Below are positions 1 through 10,685 of a DNA stretch of 64,000 nt, in pieces. Source of the stretch: Gammaproteobacteria bacterium (lineage in GTDB: Bacteria; Pseudomonadota; Gammaproteobacteria; Eutrophobiales; Eutrophobiaceae); contig CBDCDS010000003.1 in the NCBI GenBank assembly GCA_965215365.1, positions 1,440,001 through 1,504,000 on the forward strand, written 5' to 3'. Made by a program: the position numbers and the translations under genes. Under the pieces are notes generated by a model. It was given only the letters and a program-made list of their open reading frames with translations. It was not told the DNA's origin and made no database searches. Numbering within the stretch: position 1 is the stretch's first letter; each line of letters begins with the position of its first letter.

Positions 1-1548
1 GCAACCTTAACGCCCAGAGTGCTTGCCAACAGCGGCATGATGGGGATGCTGGAATACCGTTATCTGCTCCAACGCGGTGAGGGCTCGGTCAATCTGGAAT
101 ATCTGCCCGGTGACGTCGGCTTTAGCGATCGTGACCGTAGTATGATCAACATTGAACTGAACCAGAGCTTTCTTGAGCGCGGTCAGCTTTATGTGGAATA
201 CAACCGGGCTTCAGACCCCGAATACCTGGAAGATTTCGGCACCGACCTGTCTATCTCCAGTACCCGCTACCTGCCGCGCCGCGCCGACCTGACGTATCAC
301 GGCAACAACTGGAGCGTACTGGGTCGCCTGCACAGCTACCAAATCGTTGACCAGAGTATCGCGGTGGCCTCCAGACCATACAAAAACCTGCCCCGGGTGC
401 AGTTCCACTACCGACCAATGGCGGGCAACAATACGGTCAACCTTGACCTGAGGACAGATCTGACCTATTTCGACCGCACCGGCGAGGCCGGGGTCACCAT
501 GGACGTAACCGGGTTCCGGGCGGATCTGTATCCCTCCGTCAGCTACCCGATACGCACCCAGGCCGCCTTCCTGGTCCCGAAGGTCGGCGTGCGCTATACC
601 CAGTACAGCCTGGACCAGCAAGGTCCTTTTACCGAAAGCCCGAAGCGCGTCCTGCCCATAGCCAGCGTGGACAGCGGTATTTTCCTGGAGCGGGTGCTGC
701 GGTTGCAAGACAACAGCTACCTGCACACGCTGGAACCCCGCTTGTTTTACCTGTACGTGCCCTACGATGACCAGGATGATTTGCCAGTGTTCGATTCCTC
801 GGTCTTCAACCTGGACTATAACGCCTTGTTCCGGGAAAACCGGTTCAGCGGTTATGATCGCATTGGCGATACCAACCAGCTGACCCTGGCGCTGGGCAGT
901 CGGCTGGTGAACCGGGAAACCGGCCGGCAAACCGCCTCCTTCCAGGTGGCTCAGTCGTTCTATTTGGACGACCAGGACATCATCCGCCAGATCCTGGGCG
1001 CGCAGGGGCAACTGGTCGATGTCGGCATACCGGAAACCGACCTGCTTTCGCCGTTGATCATCGAAGCAGCCGCTAACCTGCGTGATGATTTAACCCTGGG
1101 TGCTGAGATTTACTGGGACATCAACGATAATGTCACCCGGAAAATGGCTCTGACCGCGCAATACAACCCCGCCGGGCGCAAGGTTGTCAATGTGGCGTAC
1201 CGGGTAAGACGGGCCGAGACCGGCCAGATCCGGCGGCTACCGACAGACATAGAACAATCGGACGTATCCTTCAGTTGGCCGTTGACCAGCCGCTTGAACG
1301 CGGTGGGGCGTTGGAACTACGCCGTGTCCGAGGGGCGCACCTTGGACTTGTTTCTCGGTCTGGAATATGAGGGTTGTTGTTTTGCCGTCAAGGCCGTCAG
1401 CCGGCGCTTCCTGTCCAACCTGGACGGCGATTTCAACACCGGTATCTTTGTACAGTTACAACTGAAGGGGCTGGGCAGTATCGGCCAGCGCACCGCGGAA
1501 TTTCTGAACCATGCCATCCCCGGTTATGGCGACACACCGCTGCTATGA
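1..1548 (+). CDS. lptD: LPS-assembly protein LptD, 5'-truncated by window edge
   Basis: HTLEPRLFYLYVPY, LFRENRFSGYDRIGDTNQLT and C-terminal EYEGCC/QLQLKGLG motifs; precedes surA. Confidence 0.95.
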   Translation, partial: ATLTPRVLANSGMMGMLEYRYLLQRGEGSVNLEYLPGDVGFSDRDRSMINIELNQSFLERGQLYVEYNRASDPEYLEDFGTDLSISSTRYLPRRADLTYHGNNWSVLGRLHSYQIVDQSIAVASRPYKNLPRVQFHYRPMAGNNTVNLDLRTDLTYFDRTGEAGVTMDVTGFRADLYPSVSYPIRTQAAFLVPKVGVRYTQYSLDQQGPFTESPKRVLPIASVDSGIFLERVLRLQDNSYLHTLEPRLFYLYVPYDDQDDLPVFDSSVFNLDYNALFRENRFSGYDRIGDTNQLTLALGSRLVNRETGRQTASFQVAQSFYLDDQDIIRQILGAQGQLVDVGIPETDLLSPLIIEAAANLRDDLTLGAEIYWDINDNVTRKMALTAQYNPAGRKVVNVAYRVRRAETGQIRRLPTDIEQSDVSFSWPLTSRLNAVGRWNYAVSEGRTLDLFLGLEYEGCCFAVKAVSRRFLSNLDGDFNTGIFVQLQLKGLGSIGQRTAEFLNHAIPGYGDTPLL

Positions 1549-2819
1549 ACAGGGTGTTGCTGCTCGTTGCGATCCTGTTATCCGGTCCGGTGGCGGCCGT
1601 GCAGGACCTCGACCGTATCGTTGCGGTGATCAATGACGACATCATCATGCGCACTGAGCTGCTGGAAAAAATCAGGTCGGTCAGCGCCCAGATGGAGGAA
1701 CAGAATATCCCGCTGCCGCCCCGGGACATCCTGGAAAAACAGGTGCTGGACCGCTTGATCATGACCCGATTGCAGATCCAGATGGCGGGTAATACCGGCA
1801 TCCGGGTCGATGATGAGACCCTGAACCGCACCATCAGCAATATTGCCCGGGAAAACCAGCTGAGCCTGAAAGAGTTCCGGGAGATTCTGGAGGGTGACGG
1901 CTACGGCTACGAGAATTTCCGCAAGGAAATACGCAACGAAATACTCATTTCCAGGCTGCAACAACGTCAGGTCGATAACCGCATCATCGTCACCGAAAGG
2001 GAGATCGAGAATCACCTTTCCAACCAGGAACACCAGGGGGAAACGGACATAGAGTTTCGTATCTCCCACGTCCTCATCGCAATACCCGAAGGCGCTTCGG
2101 CCCGGCAGGTTACCCAGGCCCGGGAAACGGCCGAAAAGGTGCTAAGCGAGCTGCAAGCAGGTGCCGATTTCAGCAGTATGGCCGCCACCTACTCCGACGG
2201 CCAGCAGGCGCTGGACGGGGGTGACCTGGGCTGGCGCAAGGCCGGACAGGTGCCGACGCTGTTTGCCGATTTTATCGCCGCCATGGAGGTGGGCGGGTTA
2301 AGCGAAATCATCAAGAGCCCCAGCGGCTACCATATCATCAGGTTACAGGACAAGCGCAGCAGCGAACAGGTGGTGGTGACCCAGACCAAGGCCCGGCACA
2401 TCCTGATCCGGCCCGACGAACTGACCACGCCGGAAGACGCCTTGCGCCGGTTACAGCAGTTGCGCTTGCGTATAGCAGGTGGGGATGACTTTGCCGAACT
2501 GGCCAAGGCACACTCTGCCGACACCATGAGCGCCGCCGAAGGGGGTGATCTGGGTTGGGTCAATCCCGGCGACCTGGTGCCGGAATTTGAAAACGTGATG
2601 GATACACTCGAACCCGGCGCTACCAGTGAGCCGTTCCGGAGTCAGTTCGGGTTTCATATCGTTCAGGTGTTGGAGCGCAGGGAACATGACAGCACCGAGG
2701 ATATCAAGCGTGCACGTGCGCGGGAGGTGATTCGCCGGCGCAAGCTGGAAGAAGCGCGCACCGACTGGCTGCGACAGCTGCGCGACGAGGCTTACGTGGA
2801 ATACCGGCTGGAGTCGTGA
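1545..2819 (+). CDS. surA: Periplasmic chaperone/PPIase SurA
   Basis: ATGA overlap with lptD stop; signal peptide, LDRIVAVIND, two parvulin domains (GGDLGW). Confidence 0.95.
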   Translation: MNRVLLLVAILLSGPVAAVQDLDRIVAVINDDIIMRTELLEKIRSVSAQMEEQNIPLPPRDILEKQVLDRLIMTRLQIQMAGNTGIRVDDETLNRTISNIARENQLSLKEFREILEGDGYGYENFRKEIRNEILISRLQQRQVDNRIIVTEREIENHLSNQEHQGETDIEFRISHVLIAIPEGASARQVTQARETAEKVLSELQAGADFSSMAATYSDGQQALDGGDLGWRKAGQVPTLFADFIAAMEVGGLSEIIKSPSGYHIIRLQDKRSSEQVVVTQTKARHILIRPDELTTPEDALRRLQQLRLRIAGGDDFAELAKAHSADTMSAAEGGDLGWVNPGDLVPEFENVMDTLEPGATSEPFRSQFGFHIVQVLERREHDSTEDIKRARAREVIRRRKLEEARTDWLRQLRDEAYVEYRLES

Positions 2820-2849
2820 CTGTTTGCAGGTGAAGGTTTGTGTTTTATC

Positions 2850-2875
2850 CGCAGATGGCGCAGATAAACGCAGAT
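2850..2875 (+). repeat. Short tandem repeat (CGCAGAT x3, 9-10 bp period)
   Basis: cgcagat at 2850, 2859 and 2869 in the surA-pdxA gap. Confidence 0.6.
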
Positions 2876-2931
2876 GATAGCTTGATGAAAAATCTCTGTC
2901 GTCAGTGAATATCGAAACAACAAGTTGAACA

Positions 2932-3912
2932 ATGCCGGCAAAATTAGCTTTGACTCTTGGAGAACCTGCCGGCATCGGGCCTGATATCGTCCTAGACTGT
3001 GCCCGGCACCGGTTGGCGGCACAAATCGTTGTAGTCGGCGACCCGGATCTGCTGCAAGACCGGGCGCAACGGCTTGGCAGGGACCTCAAGTTGATTGAAT
3101 ATTGCCCCGACGCAGGCATCGAGCCGCAGCCACCGGGGCAGCTGTGTTACCTGCGCCAGCCGTTGGCGGCACCGGTGGAATTGGGCAAGCCCAGTGTGCG
3201 CAACGCCGATAGTGTGCTGGCAAGTATTGAGCGGGCAGTTCAGGGTTGCCTGTCGGGAGAGTTTGCCGCCATGGTCACGGCACCGGTGAACAAGGCCGTT
3301 ATTGCTGCGGCGGGGCACCCGTTCAAGGGGCATACCGAGCACATCGCCGCGCTTTGCGGCAGCCCGGCGCCGGTGATGATGCTGGCCAATGACTTCGCCC
3401 GGGTGGCACTGGTGACAACACACCTGCCCCTGCAACAGGTACCCGGGCAGATCACCCGCAAACGCCTGCGTCGGGTGTTGCGCACCGTGGCCGCCGACCT
3501 GCGGGCGAAATTCAGTATTGACGAGCCGCGCCTGCTAATCTGTGGCATCAACCCTCATGCCGGGGAGCAGGGCCTGCTGGGCAACGAGGAGCACGAGGTC
3601 GTCATCCCGGTCATCAATGAACTGCAAGCGGAAGGTTTGCAGCTGGTGGGGCCAGTGCCGGCAGACACCGCGTTTACCCCTGCTTCTCTGGCGCGCACAG
3701 ACGCGGTTGTATCCATGTACCATGATCAAGGCCTGCCGGTATTGAAATCCCACGGCTTCGGCAACACCGTGAACATCACGCTGGGCCTGCCCATCATCCG
3801 CACCTCCGTGGATCACGGCACCGCCTTCGACCTGGCCGGCACTGGCAAAGCCGATGCCAGCAGCCTGCTTGCGGCCATTGATTATGGGGTTGAGCTGGCT
3901 AACCGCAGTTGA
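2932..3912 (+). CDS. pdxA: 4-hydroxythreonine-4-phosphate dehydrogenase
   Basis: GEPAGIGPD, GHTE, NPHAGE, MYHDQGL, RTSVDHGTAFD. Confidence 0.97.
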   Translation: MPAKLALTLGEPAGIGPDIVLDCARHRLAAQIVVVGDPDLLQDRAQRLGRDLKLIEYCPDAGIEPQPPGQLCYLRQPLAAPVELGKPSVRNADSVLASIERAVQGCLSGEFAAMVTAPVNKAVIAAAGHPFKGHTEHIAALCGSPAPVMMLANDFARVALVTTHLPLQQVPGQITRKRLRRVLRTVAADLRAKFSIDEPRLLICGINPHAGEQGLLGNEEHEVVIPVINELQAEGLQLVGPVPADTAFTPASLARTDAVVSMYHDQGLPVLKSHGFGNTVNITLGLPIIRTSVDHGTAFDLAGTGKADASSLLAAIDYGVELANRS

Positions 3913-4682
3913 CATCTCCCCGCCGCAAGCGCTTCGGCCAACATTTCCTTAAAGACCCGGTCGTTATCGAGCGGCTCATCGGCGCCATCGCCCCTCAACC
4001 CGGCCAGCGTATCGTCGAGATCGGTCCCGGCCGAGGCGCGTTGACCATTCCCTTGTTGCGCCGACTAGGAGAGCTCTATGTGGTAGAGGTGGATCGCGAG
4101 CTGGCCGCAGCATTACCGCAACGATGTGCCGGGCTCGGGCAGTTGCACCTGTTGCCGCAGGATGCACTGAAAACGGATTTTTCCGGGTTTGGCCCGGTGC
4201 CGCTGCAGGTGGTGGGCAACCTGCCCTATAATATTTCCACGCCGCTACTGTTTCACCTGCTACGCTTCCCGGTAATCCGCCGTATGGTATTCATGCTGCA
4301 AAAGGAAGTCGTCGAGCGGCTCTGCGCCGGCGCCGGCACACCCGAATACGGTCGCCTCAGCGTCATGGCGCAGGCACGCAGTCAGGCGCAACACCTGTTT
4401 GACGTGCCACCCGGCGCCTTCAGCCCCCCGCCAAAAGTCCATTCCGCCGTGGTGGAATTAACCGTCCGCCCTGCGGCAACCGCGCGCATCGAAAATTTCG
4501 ACCGCTTCACGGAACTGGTAAGAACCGCCTTCTCCGCCCGCCGCAAGAAAATCAGCAACGGCTTAAAGCCCTGGTTCAACGCCACGCAACTGCAACAACT
4601 AGGCATTTCCCCTGATGCCAGACCGGCGGAGTTGGGTGTGGAGGATTATATAACTCTATCTAATCATCGGTTTTTTTCCTGA
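3909..4682 (+). CDS. rsmA: 16S rRNA m6,2A dimethyltransferase (KsgA)
   Basis: KRFGQHFL, EIGPGRGALT, GNLPYNIS, MLQKEV. Confidence 0.97.
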   Translation: MTSPRRKRFGQHFLKDPVVIERLIGAIAPQPGQRIVEIGPGRGALTIPLLRRLGELYVVEVDRELAAALPQRCAGLGQLHLLPQDALKTDFSGFGPVPLQVVGNLPYNISTPLLFHLLRFPVIRRMVFMLQKEVVERLCAGAGTPEYGRLSVMAQARSQAQHLFDVPPGAFSPPPKVHSAVVELTVRPAATARIENFDRFTELVRTAFSARRKKISNGLKPWFNATQLQQLGISPDARPAELGVEDYITLSNHRFFS

Positions 4683-4744
4683 CATTCTTTTGAATAAAAC
4701 CTTGCACACTCGGCCAGACCAGGAATCAGTTGTACAATGTATCC

Positions 4745-5287
4745 ATGTCACAACTGATGCAAAATTTATCTGAACGCATCGATCGTTTCAGCGAGTTTAT
4801 CGGGCGTAGCCTGTCCTGGCTGGTGCTGGTACTGGTGTTGCTGGTGGGTTATGACGTGACGATGCGCTATTTTTTCCTGAGTGGGTCCATTGCCATTCAG
4901 GAACTGGAATGGCATTTGTTTGCGCTGATATTCCTGCTGGGGGCAGCCTATACCTTAAAGCATGACGACCATGTGCGGCTGGACTTGTTTTATCGCAGCC
5001 GGTTCATGTCGGATTATCGCCGCGCCTGGGTCAACCTGATTTGCACACTGCTGTTCCTGATCCCGTTTTGCATACTCATCATAAAAAGTTCCTGGCCGTT
5101 CGTGGCTCAGGCCTACCAGTTTGCCGAGGGCTCTCCCGACCCGGGCGGGTTGCCGTATCGCTGGGCACTCAAGGCGGCGATACCGCTGGGTTACTTCCTG
5201 TTGCTCATACAGGGGTTCAGTGAGGGACTGAAGAACCTGTGCTTTATTCTGGATCATAAATCCGGCAGCTCGGTGGGGTCGGAGTAA
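4745..5287 (+). CDS. TRAP transporter small permease (DctQ family)
   Basis: 4 TM segments, QELEWHLF, HVRLDLFY, GSPDPGGLP. Confidence 0.9.
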   Translation: MSQLMQNLSERIDRFSEFIGRSLSWLVLVLVLLVGYDVTMRYFFLSGSIAIQELEWHLFALIFLLGAAYTLKHDDHVRLDLFYRSRFMSDYRRAWVNLICTLLFLIPFCILIIKSSWPFVAQAYQFAEGSPDPGGLPYRWALKAAIPLGYFLLLIQGFSEGLKNLCFILDHKSGSSVGSE

Positions 5288-5374
5288 CAATCCGCAAGAT
5301 ACTATGACAGGCGCACACATTACGATGGGTTGTTATTCTGAACTCGGCGTTTGGCAGGAATCAGGGGGGCAGCA

Positions 5375-6688
5375 ATGACCGTCTGGATCGTCTTCATGTT
5401 CCTGAGCCTGATGCTCCTGCTGATGCTGGGCTATCCGGTTGCGTTTACCCTGGGGGCAGTGTCGCTACTGTTCGGCGGGATCTTCCTAGGCCTGGATTTT
5501 TTCCACTTGCTGCCGCTGCGGATCTGGGGGGTAATGACCAATTTCACCCTGCTGGCGGTGCCGCTGTTCATTTTCATGGGCATTGTGCTGGATAAATCGG
5601 GGCTGGCGGAGGACCTGCTGGAAACCATGGGGCTGCTGTTCGGACGCTTGCGCGGCGGGTTGGCCCTGGCGGTCGTAATCGTCGGCGCGCTGCTGGCTGC
5701 CACCACCGGGGTGGTGGGTGCCACCGTGGTGACCATGGGCATCATTGCGCTGCCCACCATGTTACGCCGGCATTACTCCCGGCAGCTTGCCACCGGCACT
5801 ATCGCCGCCGCCGGCACTCTGGGACAGATTATCCCGCCGAGTATTATTCTGATCCTGCTCGGTGATGTCATGGGCGTGCCGGTCGGACGCCTGTTCATCG
5901 GCGCGGTGGCGCCGGGGATATTACTGGTGGTGCTGTTCCTGGTCTATATCAGTGTGTATGCCTGGCTCAAACCGGAGGTTGCCCCCGCTATCACGGCGGC
6001 CGGCGACGAGCGCCTGCTGCGCAAGGTGTTGCTGACCCTGCTGCCGCCACTGCTGCTGGTGCTTGGCGTGCTGGGTTCCATCTTTTTCGGCATTGCCTCG
6101 CCCACAGAGTCGGCTGCGGTCGGCGCGCTGGGGGCGCTGTTGCTGGCGTTGTTGCACGGACAACTCACCCTGGCGCGGTTACGCGAGGCCATGCAGTTGA
6201 CCACACGCCTGACCAGTATGGTGTTTCTGATCCTGATCGGCGCTACTGCGTTCGGCCTAGTATTCCGGGGCATGGGCGGCGCTCAGCTGGTGTCGGAGGT
6301 GATGACCAATCTGCCCGGCGGCACTTTGGGCTTTCTTATCGTCAGCATGTTGCTGATCTTCCTGTTGGGCTTCTTTTTGGATTTCCTGCAGATCTGCTTT
6401 ATCGTCGTGCCTGTGCTGACGCCCATTGCCGCCAGTATGGGGGTGGATTTGTTATGGCTTGCCGTGCTGATAGCGATTAACCTGCAAACTTCGTTCCTGA
6501 CCCCGCCGTTTGGCTTTTCCCTGTTTTACTTAAAAGCGGTGGCGCCGCAGGAAATACGCATTCAGCATATTTACCAGGGCATTGTGCCCTTCATCCTGAT
6601 ACAGCTCGCCACCATCGGCCTGTTATGCCTGTTCCCCACTCTGGTCACCTGGCTGCCTGACCTGATGGACCGGATGCAGGGGTTGTAA
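5375..6688 (+). CDS. TRAP transporter large permease (DctM family)
   Basis: LLAVPLFIFMG, GTLGQIIPPS, TPPFGFSLFYL. Confidence 0.92.
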   Translation: MTVWIVFMFLSLMLLLMLGYPVAFTLGAVSLLFGGIFLGLDFFHLLPLRIWGVMTNFTLLAVPLFIFMGIVLDKSGLAEDLLETMGLLFGRLRGGLALAVVIVGALLAATTGVVGATVVTMGIIALPTMLRRHYSRQLATGTIAAAGTLGQIIPPSIILILLGDVMGVPVGRLFIGAVAPGILLVVLFLVYISVYAWLKPEVAPAITAAGDERLLRKVLLTLLPPLLLVLGVLGSIFFGIASPTESAAVGALGALLLALLHGQLTLARLREAMQLTTRLTSMVFLILIGATAFGLVFRGMGGAQLVSEVMTNLPGGTLGFLIVSMLLIFLLGFFLDFLQICFIVVPVLTPIAASMGVDLLWLAVLIAINLQTSFLTPPFGFSLFYLKAVAPQEIRIQHIYQGIVPFILIQLATIGLLCLFPTLVTWLPDLMDRMQGL

Positions 6689-6689
6689 A

Positions 6690-7499
6690 TCATCTCAAAG
6701 CGTCTATCACCGGTTGCGTTTCCGGGCGGATACCGCGCCACAGGTAGAAGGATTCGGCGGCTTGTTCTACCAGCATGCCGAGGCCGTCGCTGAGGTGCGC
6801 GCCGCCGTTGTCGGCAGCCCAGCTCAGAAACGCCTGGGCCGCCTTGCCATAGACCATGTCGTAGCAGCAGGAGTCGGCTGCTAGGATGCCGTCCGGCAAG
6901 GGCAGGGAGTGCCCGCCCAGACCCGCAGCGGCGCCGTTGAGCACCAGGTCATAGAAGCCGGCTACGGGTTCGTCAAAGCCTTGTACGCGGAGTAAGTCCC
7001 GGGCTTCGGGAAACAGTTCCAGCAGTTGCCGCGCGCGCGCCGGGGTGCGGTTGATAATGGTCACTGCCGCCGGTTGTTCGTCCAGCACATTACCCAGCAC
7101 GCTCCTGACGGCCCCGCCGGCGCCCACTAGCAGTACCCGCCGGCCGCGGATCTGCATACCCTTGGCGCGCAGGTCGCGCAGCAGCCCGATGCCATCCGTG
7201 GAATCGCCGAAAACGCGGCCATCAGCGTCAAAGCGGATCAGGTTGGCCGCGCGCGCGCGGTCGGCGCGCGCGCTACTGTGGGTAATGTAGGCCCAGGCCT
7301 GCTCCTTGAAGGGGAGGGTGACGTTCAGCCCGCGTCCGCCCGCTTGTCGGAACGCGGTCACGGTGTCGGTAAAACCATCGGCAGGGGAGAGCAGGGCGCG
7401 GTATTCCAGTGGCTCCCCGGTCTGCTCGGCAAACAGCTTATGGATACGGGGTGAGAGGCTATGCGCTATGGGGTTGCCGATGACGGCGTAGGTGTCCAT
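6690..7499 (-). CDS. aroE: Shikimate dehydrogenase
   Basis: GNPIAHSLSP, NVTLPFK, GAGGA, DGLGMLVEQAAESF. Confidence 0.96.
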   Translation of the reverse strand: MDTYAVIGNPIAHSLSPRIHKLFAEQTGEPLEYRALLSPADGFTDTVTAFRQAGGRGLNVTLPFKEQAWAYITHSSARADRARAANLIRFDADGRVFGDSTDGIGLLRDLRAKGMQIRGRRVLLVGAGGAVRSVLGNVLDEQPAAVTIINRTPARARQLLELFPEARDLLRVQGFDEPVAGFYDLVLNGAAAGLGGHSLPLPDGILAADSCCYDMVYGKAAQAFLSWAADNGGAHLSDGLGMLVEQAAESFYLWRGIRPETQPVIDALR

Positions 7500-7528
7500 G
7501 GCAGGATTGTACCGCCTTTACGTCCATC

Positions 7529-7555
7529 AGGCGCCTCCAATTTTCAGAGGCGCCT
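7529..7555. repeat. Family A minimal element (two IS5-like ends head to head)
   Basis: aggcgcctc-caattttca-gaggcgcct palindrome; resembles 31720-31746 and 44736-44761. Confidence 0.6.
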
Positions 7556-7567
7556 TATTACTTTGTG

Positions 7568-9251
<1,684 letters not shown>

Positions 9252-9341
9252 TCTTGCTCTCCGTCAGGTCTGGTCTCAGAGGTGGGGACAAAACAGCTGC
9301 GGTCCCCAATAGTTGGTGTTTTGTCGGAATAGTCCGGTTTG

Positions 9342-10055
9342 CTAAAAACTCATGGAAATAGTGCCCACGAGCGCCTCGCAGATCTCGCCGCCACAATCGT
9401 TATCGGCATCATTCCAGGACGCGCTCAAACTCAGCGGGCCCAGGCCTTTACTGATGCCAATACTGTAGTGGGTGTAGTTAAAGCCGTCCGGCCCGCTGGT
9501 CTTGTCGCCGGCCACATCCTGCCAGCCGACATAGAAGGACAGGCCAAAGCCGTGCGGCAGTGCCAGGTCCAGGGCACCGTTTAGGTAGATGCCGTCACCA
9601 TCTTCGCCGAAGAAGTCCGGGGAGTAGGCAATGCCGGCGCTAACGGTAGGTTCCAACGCGCCGGCGAAGGTATAACCAGTGCTGGCGTACACCTCCACGA
9701 AGTTTTCCTCCGGTTGGGCATCGGAACTGGGGTAAATGTAATAGAGTCCGCCTACATCCCAACTGAGTCCGCCGGGCAGTTCGCCCGAGATACCGCCATA
9801 GACATCGATTTCCAGATCTTCGGCAAAATCCACGTTGGAGGCCCAGGTTCCCAGGTAAACTCCTGTGGGCGCGTGGGCATAATCGATCCCACCCTGTACC
9901 GCGGCTTTCTCACTGGTCTGGGAGATGCCCCGGTAGAGGTAATCGGTTACCAGCGCAATATTGCCGCTGAACTCATGCGGCGAGTCCTCCGCCTGAACAT
10001 TCACCGTGCAAAGCGCCAGGGTCAGGACTCCCAAGCCGGTCATTTTTATTCGCAT
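9342..10055 (-). CDS. TorF-family putative outer-membrane porin
   Basis: Signal peptide, TDYLYRGISQT, AVQGGIDY, GTWASNVDF, terminal Phe; typical neighbour of amtB/glnK. Confidence 0.85.
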   Translation of the reverse strand: MRIKMTGLGVLTLALCTVNVQAEDSPHEFSGNIALVTDYLYRGISQTSEKAAVQGGIDYAHAPTGVYLGTWASNVDFAEDLEIDVYGGISGELPGGLSWDVGGLYYIYPSSDAQPEENFVEVYASTGYTFAGALEPTVSAGIAYSPDFFGEDGDGIYLNGALDLALPHGFGLSFYVGWQDVAGDKTSGPDGFNYTHYSIGISKGLGPLSLSASWNDADNDCGGEICEALVGTISMSF

Positions 10056-10104
10056 GTTAATTTCACTCCGATAACTTTGCGCAAATCGCAACAGAAATAT
10101 TATA

Positions 10105-10121
10105 AGCATATTTCGTGCCAG
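10105..10121 (-). promoter_or_regulatory. Sigma54 -24/-12 promoter for porin-amtB-glnK
   Basis: Minus strand CTGGCAC-GAAAT-ATGCT about 50 nt upstream of the start. Confidence 0.75.
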
Positions 10122-10178
10122 TTTTTGCGGGGGTTAAACCGGCAAATTGGGATAAAACTGCGCGCGTCTCGTGTGCGC

Positions 10179-10195
10179 TGCACAATAATAGTGCA
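10179..10195. promoter_or_regulatory. NtrC-type enhancer site
   Basis: TGCAC-AATAATA-GTGCA 17-bp palindrome upstream of the sigma54 site. Confidence 0.7.
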
Positions 10196-10286
10196 GCAGC
10201 GCGGTTGTCCGCATCCCTTGAAGCGGTTATTATGGACGCTTCTGAGAATTAGAGATTACTTCATCTACTGCAGGAACCTACTCACC

Positions 10287-10550
10287 ATGATCAAGGCACG
10301 GGAAATAGAAGATTTCGTCCAGCAGTTCCTGCGGTTACTGCCCCAGGACCTCAGCCGCTCGCGGGCGGATTTTGAGAAAATCGTGCGCGCCGCCATGAAC
10401 GCGGCGTTCTCAAGAATGAACCTGGTGACGCGGGAAGAGTTCGAGGTGCAGGCGCAACTGCTCAGTAACACCCGCGCCGTGCTGGATGAGCTGGAACAGA
10501 AAACCACCGAACTGGAAAAAACACTTTCAGAAAAGCAAAACTCGGGTTAA
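10287..10550 (+). CDS. ubiK: Accessory factor UbiK (BMFP family)
   Basis: 87 aa, MNLVTREEFEVQAQLL plus coiled coil; usual position beside yifB. Confidence 0.88.
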   Translation: MIKAREIEDFVQQFLRLLPQDLSRSRADFEKIVRAAMNAAFSRMNLVTREEFEVQAQLLSNTRAVLDELEQKTTELEKTLSEKQNSG

Positions 10551-10570
10551 ACTTGCGACTGGTCGCCGCC

Positions 10571-10587
10571 AATTTTTAGAGGCGCCC
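10571..10587 (+). repeat. Family A end remnant
   Basis: aatttttagaggcgccc, identical to 31730-31746. Confidence 0.65.
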
Positions 10588-10685
10588 TCAAGCCAGTGTG
10601 TACAGGTATGGCACACTGCGATAGCGCCGGGAAACCGGCATAACACCAGGCACGGCAGCATCTGCCGGCCAAGCTGGAGGAAAAA

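Noticed and set aside
9714-10286. Long N-terminal extension of ubiK (likewise surA, glnK, htpG in the ORF track)
   Set aside because: Artefacts of choosing the first possible start; they overlap neighbouring genes
10609-10625. Sigma54 promoter before comM (TGGCAC)
   Set aside because: No correctly spaced -12 TGC
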